IMG/VR virus record: IMGVR_UViG_3300045994_000087 | DNA length: 39,287 nucleotides | Reading direction: 5' to 3' (one strand) | From: a virus | Shown here: positions 15,556-23,229 of the stretch, piece by piece | How the letters are laid out: each line of letters opens with the position of its first letter | How positions within the stretch are numbered: the stretch's first letter is position 1 | Made by a program: the position numbers and the translations under genes | The notes under the pieces: generated by a model | The model's database searches: none | The model's input: only the letters and a program-made list of their open reading frames with translations | Told to the model about the DNA's origin: nothing

Positions 15556-16075
15556 TAGTCCACTCAACCTCACACGAACTCAGCTCGCTGAGTTTCTGCC
15601 AAACCAGCGGGCCATTCGTGCATTTGAACAACTGCTGAAGCAAGTCTCTGACCTGCTGCCAACTGACATCCAAACCATCCTTGTAGCTATCAACGATGTG
15701 TCAGCTGCAGCAGCGGCGGCAGATGATCGTGCAACTCAGTGCCTCGATACCTTGAACCGCATTGCTGACTCACTTGAACTATTGACCACTGCCCCCGTTG
15801 CTCAAAGGACTCTTGAGGTCACTGACGACTTGCAACCACCAGTTCAGATCGGTACTCTTGGGCAGCAACAGCGCGACAACGTTGACATCACTGGAGGCAC
15901 GGTTGCGGCAAAACTGGTCAACAACCAGAGCGTGCTGCTGAGGTCATCTGCAACCTTGGCCAATGGTTCGGCTGGCTCAGTGGCCACATTGACAAACTCC
16001 CCCGTCGTGGGTAACCCAACAAAGTGGGTGTCCATTGACGATAACGGCACCACAAGACAAATCCCAACCTGGTAA
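15548..16075 (+). CDS. Tail needle-like protein (gp26 position)
   Basis: Track ORF of 175 aa. It sits directly after the gp10-like gene. The middle is Ala-rich and coiled-coil-like. The call is by position and composition only. Confidence 0.45.
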   Translation: MSNSPLNLTRTQLAEFLPNQRAIRAFEQLLKQVSDLLPTDIQTILVAINDVSAAAAAADDRATQCLDTLNRIADSLELLTTAPVAQRTLEVTDDLQPPVQIGTLGQQQRDNVDITGGTVAAKLVNNQSVLLRSSATLANGSAGSVATLTNSPVVGNPTKWVSIDDNGTTRQIPTW

Positions 16076-16082
16076 GGACACC

Positions 16083-16418
16083 ATGACAACCACTATCAAG
16101 AATCTCATCCCAGCAAAACAAGCTGAGAGCGCAGCAACGGCGCAGTACACAGCCAACAACTGCAAAACCATTGTGGACAAATTCACGGTGACAAACACCA
16201 CTGGATCACCTGTTCCATTCACACTGAATCTTGTGGCATCAGGTGGTGCAGCCGGCGCTTCTAACACCATCATTAGTGCCAAGAACATTGCGGCCGGTGA
16301 GACCTACACGTGCCCTGAAGTTGTGGGCCACACGGTTGAATCTGGTGGCTTTATTTCCACATTGGCTGGCTCTGCCACAGCGTTGACGATCAGAGCCTCA
16401 GGGCGTGAAATAACATAA
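16083..16418 (+). CDS. Hypothetical protein (111 aa)
   Basis: Track ORF 16035..16418. ATG 16083 avoids overlap with the previous gene and has an AAGGA RBS. Confidence 0.6.
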   Translation: MTTTIKNLIPAKQAESAATAQYTANNCKTIVDKFTVTNTTGSPVPFTLNLVASGGAAGASNTIISAKNIAAGETYTCPEVVGHTVESGGFISTLAGSATALTIRASGREIT

Positions 16419-16425
16419 CCACATG

Positions 16426-16455
16426 TTTACTTAAGCCAACCTACTGTGATATGAT
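16426..16455 (+). promoter_or_regulatory. Internal sigma70-like promoter upstream of the hydroxylase/GNAT pair
   Basis: TTTACT (16426-16431), an 18-nt spacer, then TATGAT (16450-16455) with an extended -10 TG at 16447-16448. The context GATATGATCC is shared with the late promoter at 6325-6334. An 8-bp inverted repeat, ctactgtg (16441-16448) and cacagtag (16476-16483), brackets the -10 element. Confidence 0.5.
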
Positions 16456-16532
16456 CCATCCATCTATGGTCTAACCACAGTAGCTGAGCCTTCAGAGCAG
16501 CCAGCAGCTCATACCCTGAAGAAGGAGTTGGT

Positions 16533-17120
16533 ATGCGCAATTTTATGCACCTAAGTAATAGCATCGACGTTTCTAGTTTGATGCTGGCAATCCACAGACT
16601 TGACAAAGCATCTTCCATTTGGAAAGATGATACGTATCTTCGTGATTACCCACAAGGCCCTTTTGGCGACTGTGAGTCAATCATCCTACGGTTCCCACCT
16701 CGCTCAGTCCATGAGACAGAAGAGGCACTGCGAAACCACCTTGCCACATTTGACCAGCACGAGTGCGTTGATCAGCCAATCTTTGCAAGTTTACCAGAAG
16801 CCCGCCCAATGATATTTGGGCTCGTTGCTTTCACGCAAGGCGAGCGCCTTGGCCGTGTCATCATCAACAAGATCAAACCCGGTGGCCGCATCTACCCACA
16901 TGCTGACACACCAGCCCACGCCGATTACTATGACCGGTTCCACATTGTCCTGAACTCAAACCCTGGCGTGATTTTCAGAGCTGGTGATGAACAAGTCTAC
17001 ATGAGCACCGGAAGCGCGTGGTGGTTTGACAACAGCGTCGAACACGAAGTCATAAACAACAGTGCCGATGATCGCATCCACATGGTCATTGACATCCGCA
17101 CCAGCAAGGTGGTCAAATGA
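16533..17120 (+). CDS. Cupin-fold Fe(II)/2-oxoglutarate oxygenase of the aspartyl/asparaginyl beta-hydroxylase family
   Basis: Track ORF of 195 aa. RIYPHADTPAHADYYDRFHIVLNS...WWFDNSVEHEVINNSADDRIHMVIDI matches the H-x-D...R-x-H...FD-x-x-x-H-x-x-x-N pattern I recall for that family. An AAGGAG RBS is present. Confidence 0.65.
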   Translation: MRNFMHLSNSIDVSSLMLAIHRLDKASSIWKDDTYLRDYPQGPFGDCESIILRFPPRSVHETEEALRNHLATFDQHECVDQPIFASLPEARPMIFGLVAFTQGERLGRVIINKIKPGGRIYPHADTPAHADYYDRFHIVLNSNPGVIFRAGDEQVYMSTGSAWWFDNSVEHEVINNSADDRIHMVIDIRTSKVVK

Positions 17121-17572
17121 TCACGGCGCATGTTGAGTCATTTGCTGACACCATTCCGCACCTTGATGAGTTGCTCCAATCACACTACGAAGAACTCGCC
17201 CTGAACCAAGAGAAGGTTCCGCTCAGCCCACAATTTGAAATCTATTTCGAGCGTGAGCGGCGAGGTGAGCTACTCTTTGTTGTGCTGCGTGATGCTGGAG
17301 AACTCGTCGGGTACTTCATCGGGTTCATCGCCCCGGGACTCCACTACAAGACGTGCTTAACTTGCACCATGGACATTTTCTACGTCCGCAAGGACAAGCG
17401 CACTGGTTCTGCCGGTGTTCGCCTGTTTCGATTTGTTGAACAGGAGCTGCGACGCCGCGGTGTTCAACGGTGGTTCATGGGGTCGAAGATCCACGCTGAT
17501 GCATCAGCCTTGTTCGAACGTATTGGCGCAACCAAGGTCGAAGTTTATTATTCAAAATGGCTAGGAGAATGA
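17117..17572 (+). CDS. GNAT-family acetyltransferase
   Basis: Track ORF of 151 aa. The start overlaps the upstream stop as ATGA. LVGYFIGF...IFYVRKDKRTGSAGVRLFRFVEQELRRRGV fits the GNAT beta4-alpha3 R/Q-x-x-G-x-G/A acetyl-CoA loop. Confidence 0.6.
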   Translation: MITAHVESFADTIPHLDELLQSHYEELALNQEKVPLSPQFEIYFERERRGELLFVVLRDAGELVGYFIGFIAPGLHYKTCLTCTMDIFYVRKDKRTGSAGVRLFRFVEQELRRRGVQRWFMGSKIHADASALFERIGATKVEVYYSKWLGE

Positions 17573-17573
17573 C

Positions 17574-18212
17574 ATGGTCGCAGCTGCAGTAATAGGAAGC
17601 GCCGTTGTCGGCGGAGTGATGTCTAGCAATGCTCAGTCTGGTGCGGCGTCGACAGCCGCCGGTGCTCAGACTGCGGCAAGTGGTGCGTCCATCGCTGAAT
17701 CACAACGACAATTTAATTCCATTCAGGAACTCCTGAAGCCCTACACAACCGCAGGTACCAGCGCGCTGGCAGGCCAGCAAGATTTGGTCGGCTTAAATGG
17801 TACCACGGCCCAGACTACCGCACAAGATGCCATAGCCAATGGACCTCAGATGCAAGCAATGACTCAGCAAGGCGAGAATGCTATGCTTCAGAATGCTTCC
17901 GCCACCGGAGGTCTTCGCGGCGGAAATCTTCAGGCGTCACTTGCACAGTTCAGGCCTCAACTGCTGAGCCAGTTGATCCAACAACAATATAGCAATTTGG
18001 GTGGCCTTACGAGCGTTGGCCAGAATGCTGCCGCAGGTGTTGGCAATGCTGGCCAGAACTCCTCCAACCAAATTGTCAATGCATTACAACAAACTGGTGC
18101 AGCCAACGCTGGAGCAGCTCTTGCTGCAGGCCAAGGTCAAGCCAACATGTGGAGTGGCATTGGTAACACAGGCGCGATGCTTGGCACAATGAAACTCATG
18201 GGGAAATTCTGA
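17574..18212 (+). CDS. Ejection / internal virion protein (gp7 position), Gly/Ala/Gln-rich
   Basis: Track ORF of 212 aa. It has low-complexity A/G/Q composition and is the first of three consecutive genes in the position of P22 gp7, gp20 and gp16. Confidence 0.55.
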   Translation: MVAAAVIGSAVVGGVMSSNAQSGAASTAAGAQTAASGASIAESQRQFNSIQELLKPYTTAGTSALAGQQDLVGLNGTTAQTTAQDAIANGPQMQAMTQQGENAMLQNASATGGLRGGNLQASLAQFRPQLLSQLIQQQYSNLGGLTSVGQNAAAGVGNAGQNSSNQIVNALQQTGAANAGAALAAGQGQANMWSGIGNTGAMLGTMKLMGKF

Positions 18213-18213
18213 T

Positions 18214-19587
18214 ATGCAACCGATGAACTACATGCTCGACGTGCAGAAACCCTTTGATGGTGCTCTGCAAGGTATCCAAGCAGGTCTTGATGTCAGCAAC
18301 GCCATGGACCAATCGGCAGCAAGGCAGCAAGAACTCCAGCAGAAGCAGGACGCACTTGCCCAGCATCAGCAAATGCAGGGAGACTTGGCAAAACTGTCCC
18401 AGAACCCCAACCCATCTGCACATGATTTTGCCTCCATCACAACAAAATACCCATCTCTAGCTGAGCACTTCAAGAACACTTGGAGCATGCTCAACACAGA
18501 CCAACAGCAGGCAAAGTTGAACCACACATCTCAGGTCTACGCAGCACTAAGTGCTGGGAAACCTGAGATCGCCAGCAAGTTACTGGCAGATCAGGCGCTG
18601 GCGCTTCGGAATTCCGGTAAGGAAGACGAGGCCAAGGCTTCTGACACACTATCACAGCTTATCACCATGAGTCCAGAGACTGCCAAGACGTCTGCCGGCT
18701 TGATGTTGGCTTCAGTCCTTGGCCCTGAGAAGTTCTCGTCAACCTTCTCGACACTGTCTAAACTCCCAGGAGAAGTTGCTGCTGGTGAAGCTGGCGCAGT
18801 CAAAGCGAAGTATGAGGCCAACAACACACCACAACGCCTGGCTCTTGAGAACGTCTACAAGGGTGCTGAGATCCGCAACCTTGACAGTCAGGTTGGTGAG
18901 CGTGCTGGTCGCCTTGGCCTGGACCGTGATAAGTTGCAGACTGAGACCGAGTTGAAGTTGTATGAGCTCAACATGAAGGGCAACCCTGCGTTTAACCTTG
19001 ACGGAGACGCAAAAAAGATCATCAATGACTCAACTGTGTCATCCGTTGCCGCTGACCAATCTGCAGGTCAAATCACTGACTTGGCTAGTCGCCTTGAGAA
19101 AGAAGGCGGCGGGTACGGCGCACTTAGCACTGCGTCCGAATGGATGAAAAAGGCCACTGGTAACCAAGACTCCATGACCCAAATGCGGAATGAGTACACG
19201 CGCATCCGTAACAGTCAGGCCATGAAAATGTTGCCGCCTGGTCCGGCATCTGACAAGGACGTCGCAATGGCCATGAGCGGTTTCCCATCTGAGACGGCAG
19301 ATGCCAAGACCATGGCGTCATTCTTGCGTGGTATGGCCAAGCTCAACCAATACACGGCAGTCTCTGACAACGCCAAAGCTGAGTGGGTGAATGCCGTTGG
19401 CCACCTTGGCAAGCCAAAGACAGACATCAATGTTGATGGCGTAAACGTGCCTACAGGATCCACCTTTACTGACTTCGCCCGCCAGTATATGGCCAGCAAG
19501 GTTGAACAGAAGCAGACTCAAGCAGCTCAACAACAAGTCCAAAGCCGGAGCTACATGCGCTGGGCGCAACCACAAGGAGCTCAGTAA
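18214..19587 (+). CDS. Ejection / internal virion protein (gp20 position)
   Basis: Track ORF of 457 aa. The call rests on position and size. Confidence 0.55.
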   Translation: MQPMNYMLDVQKPFDGALQGIQAGLDVSNAMDQSAARQQELQQKQDALAQHQQMQGDLAKLSQNPNPSAHDFASITTKYPSLAEHFKNTWSMLNTDQQQAKLNHTSQVYAALSAGKPEIASKLLADQALALRNSGKEDEAKASDTLSQLITMSPETAKTSAGLMLASVLGPEKFSSTFSTLSKLPGEVAAGEAGAVKAKYEANNTPQRLALENVYKGAEIRNLDSQVGERAGRLGLDRDKLQTETELKLYELNMKGNPAFNLDGDAKKIINDSTVSSVAADQSAGQITDLASRLEKEGGGYGALSTASEWMKKATGNQDSMTQMRNEYTRIRNSQAMKMLPPGPASDKDVAMAMSGFPSETADAKTMASFLRGMAKLNQYTAVSDNAKAEWVNAVGHLGKPKTDINVDGVNVPTGSTFTDFARQYMASKVEQKQTQAAQQQVQSRSYMRWAQPQGAQ

Positions 19588-22205
19588 TGGCAGGCACTCC
19601 CAACAGCTTCAAGGATCCATACTGGACGGACCTTGCCACGCAGACAGGAGCCAAGCTTGGACTGCCTGATGGTCTGCTTGCAGCCATTGTGACTAAAGGC
19701 GAGCGGTCCAATGCTGACCAGGTGTCTGAAGCTGGTGCCAAGACACCGTTTCAGATCATCCCAGCAACCCGCAAGGCGGCAGTTGACAAGTACGGCATTG
19801 ACCCATACCTGAGCCCAGAGAACGCTGCTGAAGTGGCAGGTCTGCTTCTCAAGGACTCGCTGACCCGCAATAAGGGCGACGTTGTTGCCGCGGTGTCCGA
19901 GTACCACGGCGGCACAGACAAGGCCAACTGGGGTCCTCGCACTCGGTCCTACGTGGCTCGTGTTATCGGTGACCAACAGGCCATTCAGCAAGGTGCTCCT
20001 GCCGGTGGCAGTACATTTCAACGTGCTAAAGAGGCCGTTGGACAACCAAGTACAAACGGTGTTGAACAAGTCTTTGACGCCTACAAGTCTGGCAAAATGT
20101 CTTCTGATGAGTCCTCTCAGTTTGAGGCTGACGTCAAAGGGGGCCTTGTCATGCTTCCACGTGGCTCAGTCCTCAATGGCCAAACTCAGACATCACCAGC
20201 AGGTAAACCTGAGCCGATGATGCTGCCAGCTGCCATCAGTGATGCCTACCGTAATGGCAAACTCAGTGAGCAGGAGAAGACCGACCTTGAGAACGACATC
20301 AAGGCTGGTGTGGTCAAGATCCCGGCTGGTGGCTCTGACATGATCCCAGGTGGTGATGGTTGGGTTCCTCCAACTGAGCACGTGACTGCCCAACAACTCC
20401 AGCAGCAAGACCTGTACAACCAGCAACACCCGGCTCCTGGCATTGGAGACAAATTGATCGGTGCCGGTGAAGCGGCATTGACAACAGGCACTGGGATGGT
20501 TGGTGGAACTGCCGGTATGATTTACGGGACAGGAAAGCAAATTGCTAGCAGCGTTCTTGATGGAACCTTTGGTACTCCTGAAGCTGCCAAACTGGTTGAG
20601 CAGTCAGCTGCTTCACACGCGCAAGATCTTACATTCACACCACGCACTGAGACTGGACAGCAGTACGCCCAGAACGTCGGAGACGTCATGCAGCAAATGG
20701 CCCCAACTATGCCTCTTACAGCTGAGCTAGGGATGGCCGGTACTGCAATCCGTAATGCTACCCCAGCCATCCAATCAGCGGCGCGCTCTGCAGCAGTTCC
20801 TGTTATTGCTGGTGCTGGACGAGCGGCAGAGGTAGCAAAGTCTGCCACCATGGACGTAGTCCAATCTGTCAAGAACATGCCAGGCCGAGCCATGGAAGCA
20901 GTTGGCATGCGTGATGCTACTCCACGACCAACTCCTGGAACCATGGCATCAGGTGGTGCTGCAGGAACAGATGTGGCCACTATGCGTCAAGTTGCAGCAT
21001 CCGAACTGCCTGTGCCTGTTGAGTTGACCAAGGGTCAGGCCACACGTGACTTTGCGCAACAACGCTTCGAGCAGGAAGCAGCCAAGAACCCTGAGCTTGG
21101 TGCTCCGATCCGTGAACGCATGGAGCAACAGAACAAGGCTGTACGCCAGTCGTTCGACTCTTGGATCGATGAGACAGGGGCTGAGGCTCCAGACAGCCGT
21201 GCCACTGGTATTGCCGTAGACAAGGCTATTCGATCAAAGGCGGCACGCGACAAAGTTGAGATCCGCACCGCCTACAAGGAGGCCGAGAAAGCTGGTGAGA
21301 CAGCCCAACCAGTATCAACGCAGGTAATTGTTGATGCTCTCAACGAGTCTGTCTCGGCAGAATCAACTGCTCCTGTGCTTGGTGCCGCCAAGAAGGAGCT
21401 CATCCGGTTGGGTGGTGCTGTTGAAGATGCTAATGGTAAGCTGGTTGCTCAGGACATGACTCTGGGCAACACTGAGCAACTCCGCAAGTTTGTGAACAAA
21501 ACTACTGGGTCTGACGCCACCAACATCAAGTTTGCTGGTGACCTCAAGCGAGCCATCGATGCCTCAACTGAAGGTGCTGGTGGTGAACTCTACCAGAAGG
21601 CACGTGGTCTTCGTGCTCGCTACGCTGACCAGTATGAGAACCATTCTGTCATCAGCGACCTACTGAACAACAAGCGTGGAACGGCAGATCGCCGAGTGGC
21701 GCTTGAAGATGTCGCAGACCGTGTTCTGTACCGTGGCTCACTAGACGACATGCGATTTGCCCGAAAAGTGCTTCAGACTGGTGGCGAAGATGGTAAGCAA
21801 GCTTGGAAGGAGATCCAAGGTGCTGCTCTCCGTGACATCCGCGACTCGGCCACCAAGAACGTGGCCCGTGACTCAGCTGGTAATGAAGTCATCTCTGCAT
21901 CTGGCCTTGACAAGGCCATCAAGCGCTTAGACAGCGAAGGCAAGCTTGACTACCTGTTTGGCAAGAAAGGCGGTGAGCAACTTCGCGCCGTCAACGACCT
22001 AGCCAAGGTCATGTTCACGTCGCCACCTGGTGCTATAAACACATCGAACACTGCCAGCGTTCTGCTTGCTGCCATGGACATGGCTATCAGTGGTTCTGCT
22101 GGTATGCCACTCCCAGTGATGAGCGGGTTAAAGATGCTCATCAAAAATGTGAGAGACCGTAAACTGAGGGCAAAGATTACTGACGCCCTGTCGCCCAAAT
22201 TTTAA
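19587..22205 (+). CDS. Ejection / internal virion protein with an N-terminal SLT lytic transglycosylase domain
   Basis: Track ORF of 872 aa. GERSNADQVSEAGAKTPFQIIPATRK fits the SLT pattern E-S...S-x-AGA-x-G-x-x-Q-x-x-P-x-T. The start overlaps the upstream stop as TAATG. Confidence 0.7.
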   Translation: MAGTPNSFKDPYWTDLATQTGAKLGLPDGLLAAIVTKGERSNADQVSEAGAKTPFQIIPATRKAAVDKYGIDPYLSPENAAEVAGLLLKDSLTRNKGDVVAAVSEYHGGTDKANWGPRTRSYVARVIGDQQAIQQGAPAGGSTFQRAKEAVGQPSTNGVEQVFDAYKSGKMSSDESSQFEADVKGGLVMLPRGSVLNGQTQTSPAGKPEPMMLPAAISDAYRNGKLSEQEKTDLENDIKAGVVKIPAGGSDMIPGGDGWVPPTEHVTAQQLQQQDLYNQQHPAPGIGDKLIGAGEAALTTGTGMVGGTAGMIYGTGKQIASSVLDGTFGTPEAAKLVEQSAASHAQDLTFTPRTETGQQYAQNVGDVMQQMAPTMPLTAELGMAGTAIRNATPAIQSAARSAAVPVIAGAGRAAEVAKSATMDVVQSVKNMPGRAMEAVGMRDATPRPTPGTMASGGAAGTDVATMRQVAASELPVPVELTKGQATRDFAQQRFEQEAAKNPELGAPIRERMEQQNKAVRQSFDSWIDETGAEAPDSRATGIAVDKAIRSKAARDKVEIRTAYKEAEKAGETAQPVSTQVIVDALNESVSAESTAPVLGAAKKELIRLGGAVEDANGKLVAQDMTLGNTEQLRKFVNKTTGSDATNIKFAGDLKRAIDASTEGAGGELYQKARGLRARYADQYENHSVISDLLNNKRGTADRRVALEDVADRVLYRGSLDDMRFARKVLQTGGEDGKQAWKEIQGAALRDIRDSATKNVARDSAGNEVISASGLDKAIKRLDSEGKLDYLFGKKGGEQLRAVNDLAKVMFTSPPGAINTSNTASVLLAAMDMAISGSAGMPLPVMSGLKMLIKNVRDRKLRAKITDALSPKF

Positions 22206-22216
22206 GGAGAACCTGA

Positions 22217-22837
22217 ATGACTACGACACAAGTTGCACCGCCATACCCAATCTTCACTGACGTTGATGGAACGCCCTTGAATGATGGATATATCTACCTT
22301 GGCTTCGTCAACACCAATCCTGAACTTCAACCGATACCAGCTTATTGGGACTCAGCATTGACCATCCCAGCAGCCCAACCGATTCGCACAGTGAATGGTT
22401 ACCCATCGCGCCAGGGTTCACCGGCCCAGTTATACACCAATGGCACATTTTCCATTACCATACGCAACAAGGTAAAGGCGGTCGTCCTCTATTCTTCAGT
22501 TGGTTACTCTGTCAACCCATCATCAGTCGCAAGCAACTCAGACATTGTGACGGTACTTGCCAATATGGGCAGTATCAATGCTGCAGTAGCAAGCGCCGCA
22601 GTAGTAAACGCCGCAGTAGTAAACGCCGCAGCGAGTGCGACTGCGGCTGGGAATAGTGCCACCGCTGCGGCCGCTAGTGCCACCTACTTAAATAGTCTAG
22701 TACGGGTAAATGGCAGCGTCATATCTGCCAATTTAACCATACCCACAACCTCGAATGCATTGTCAGTTGGGCCGATCACTGTCCCTGCTGGTGTCAATGT
22801 AACTGTTCCCACTAACTCTAATTGGAGAATCTTGTAA
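22217..22837 (+). CDS. Tail fibre protein (conserved N-terminal anchor domain, variable C-terminus)
   Basis: Track ORF of 206 aa. The N-terminus PYPIFTDVDGTPLNDGYIYLGFVNTNPELQPIPAYWDSALTIPAAQPIRT is a pattern I recognise from many podovirus fibre and tailspike N-termini. An AAGGAG RBS is present. Confidence 0.65.
   Translation: MTTTQVAPPYPIFTDVDGTPLNDGYIYLGFVNTNPELQPIPAYWDSALTIPAAQPIRTVNGYPSRQGSPAQLYTNGTFSITIRNKVKAVVLYSSVGYSVNPSSVASNSDIVTVLANMGSINAAVASAAVVNAAVVNAAASATAAGNSATAAAASATYLNSLVRVNGSVISANLTIPTTSNALSVGPITVPAGVNVTVPTNSNWRIL
22580..22631 (+). repeat. 15-bp tandem repeat gccgcagtagtaaac, ~3.5 copies with a degenerate first copy, in frame (AAVAS-AAVVN-AAVVN-AA)
   Basis: Read directly from the sequence. 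Perfect copies are at 22595-22609 and 22610-22624. Confidence 0.85.
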
Positions 22838-23229
22838 TGCTTACTACTGACGGCGCACAAACACCTGACGGAACACCGTTTAACCTAGTCAACGGCTTCA
22901 AAATTGGCGCGAATGGCGCATCTTTCAAAGGCGGACAAGCCAACGGACGCACCATAACCGCTTCCAGCACTTTAGCGGCAACCGATAGCTGCACCACCGT
23001 TTTTTGCAATCACGCCACTGTGCCGATTGTCTTAACGATCCCAGACGAAACGGTTGCAGCATGGAACGGGCAGGAAATTATCACGCTCTACCAGCAAGGC
23101 GCGGCGGCGGCCAGTTTTTCAGCAGGCGCAAACGTGACGCTGGATGATCCGCTAACCTTGCCTGCACCTGTGCAATTTGGCTTCCAAACCATCGTGCGCA
23201 TCGGCACGAATCACTGGGCGCGTGCATAA
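22837..23229 (+). CDS. Hypothetical tail-associated protein (130 aa)
   Basis: Track ORF 22822..23229. ATG 22837 overlaps the upstream stop as TAATG. Confidence 0.55.
   Translation: MLTTDGAQTPDGTPFNLVNGFKIGANGASFKGGQANGRTITASSTLAATDSCTTVFCNHATVPIVLTIPDETVAAWNGQEIITLYQQGAAAASFSAGANVTLDDPLTLPAPVQFGFQTIVRIGTNHWARA

Noticed and set aside
16427-16618. Minus-strand ORF 16427..16618 (63 aa)
   Set aside because: It spans the plus-strand promoter-like gap and the 5' end of the hydroxylase gene. It lies opposite to the whole arm and has no RBS.
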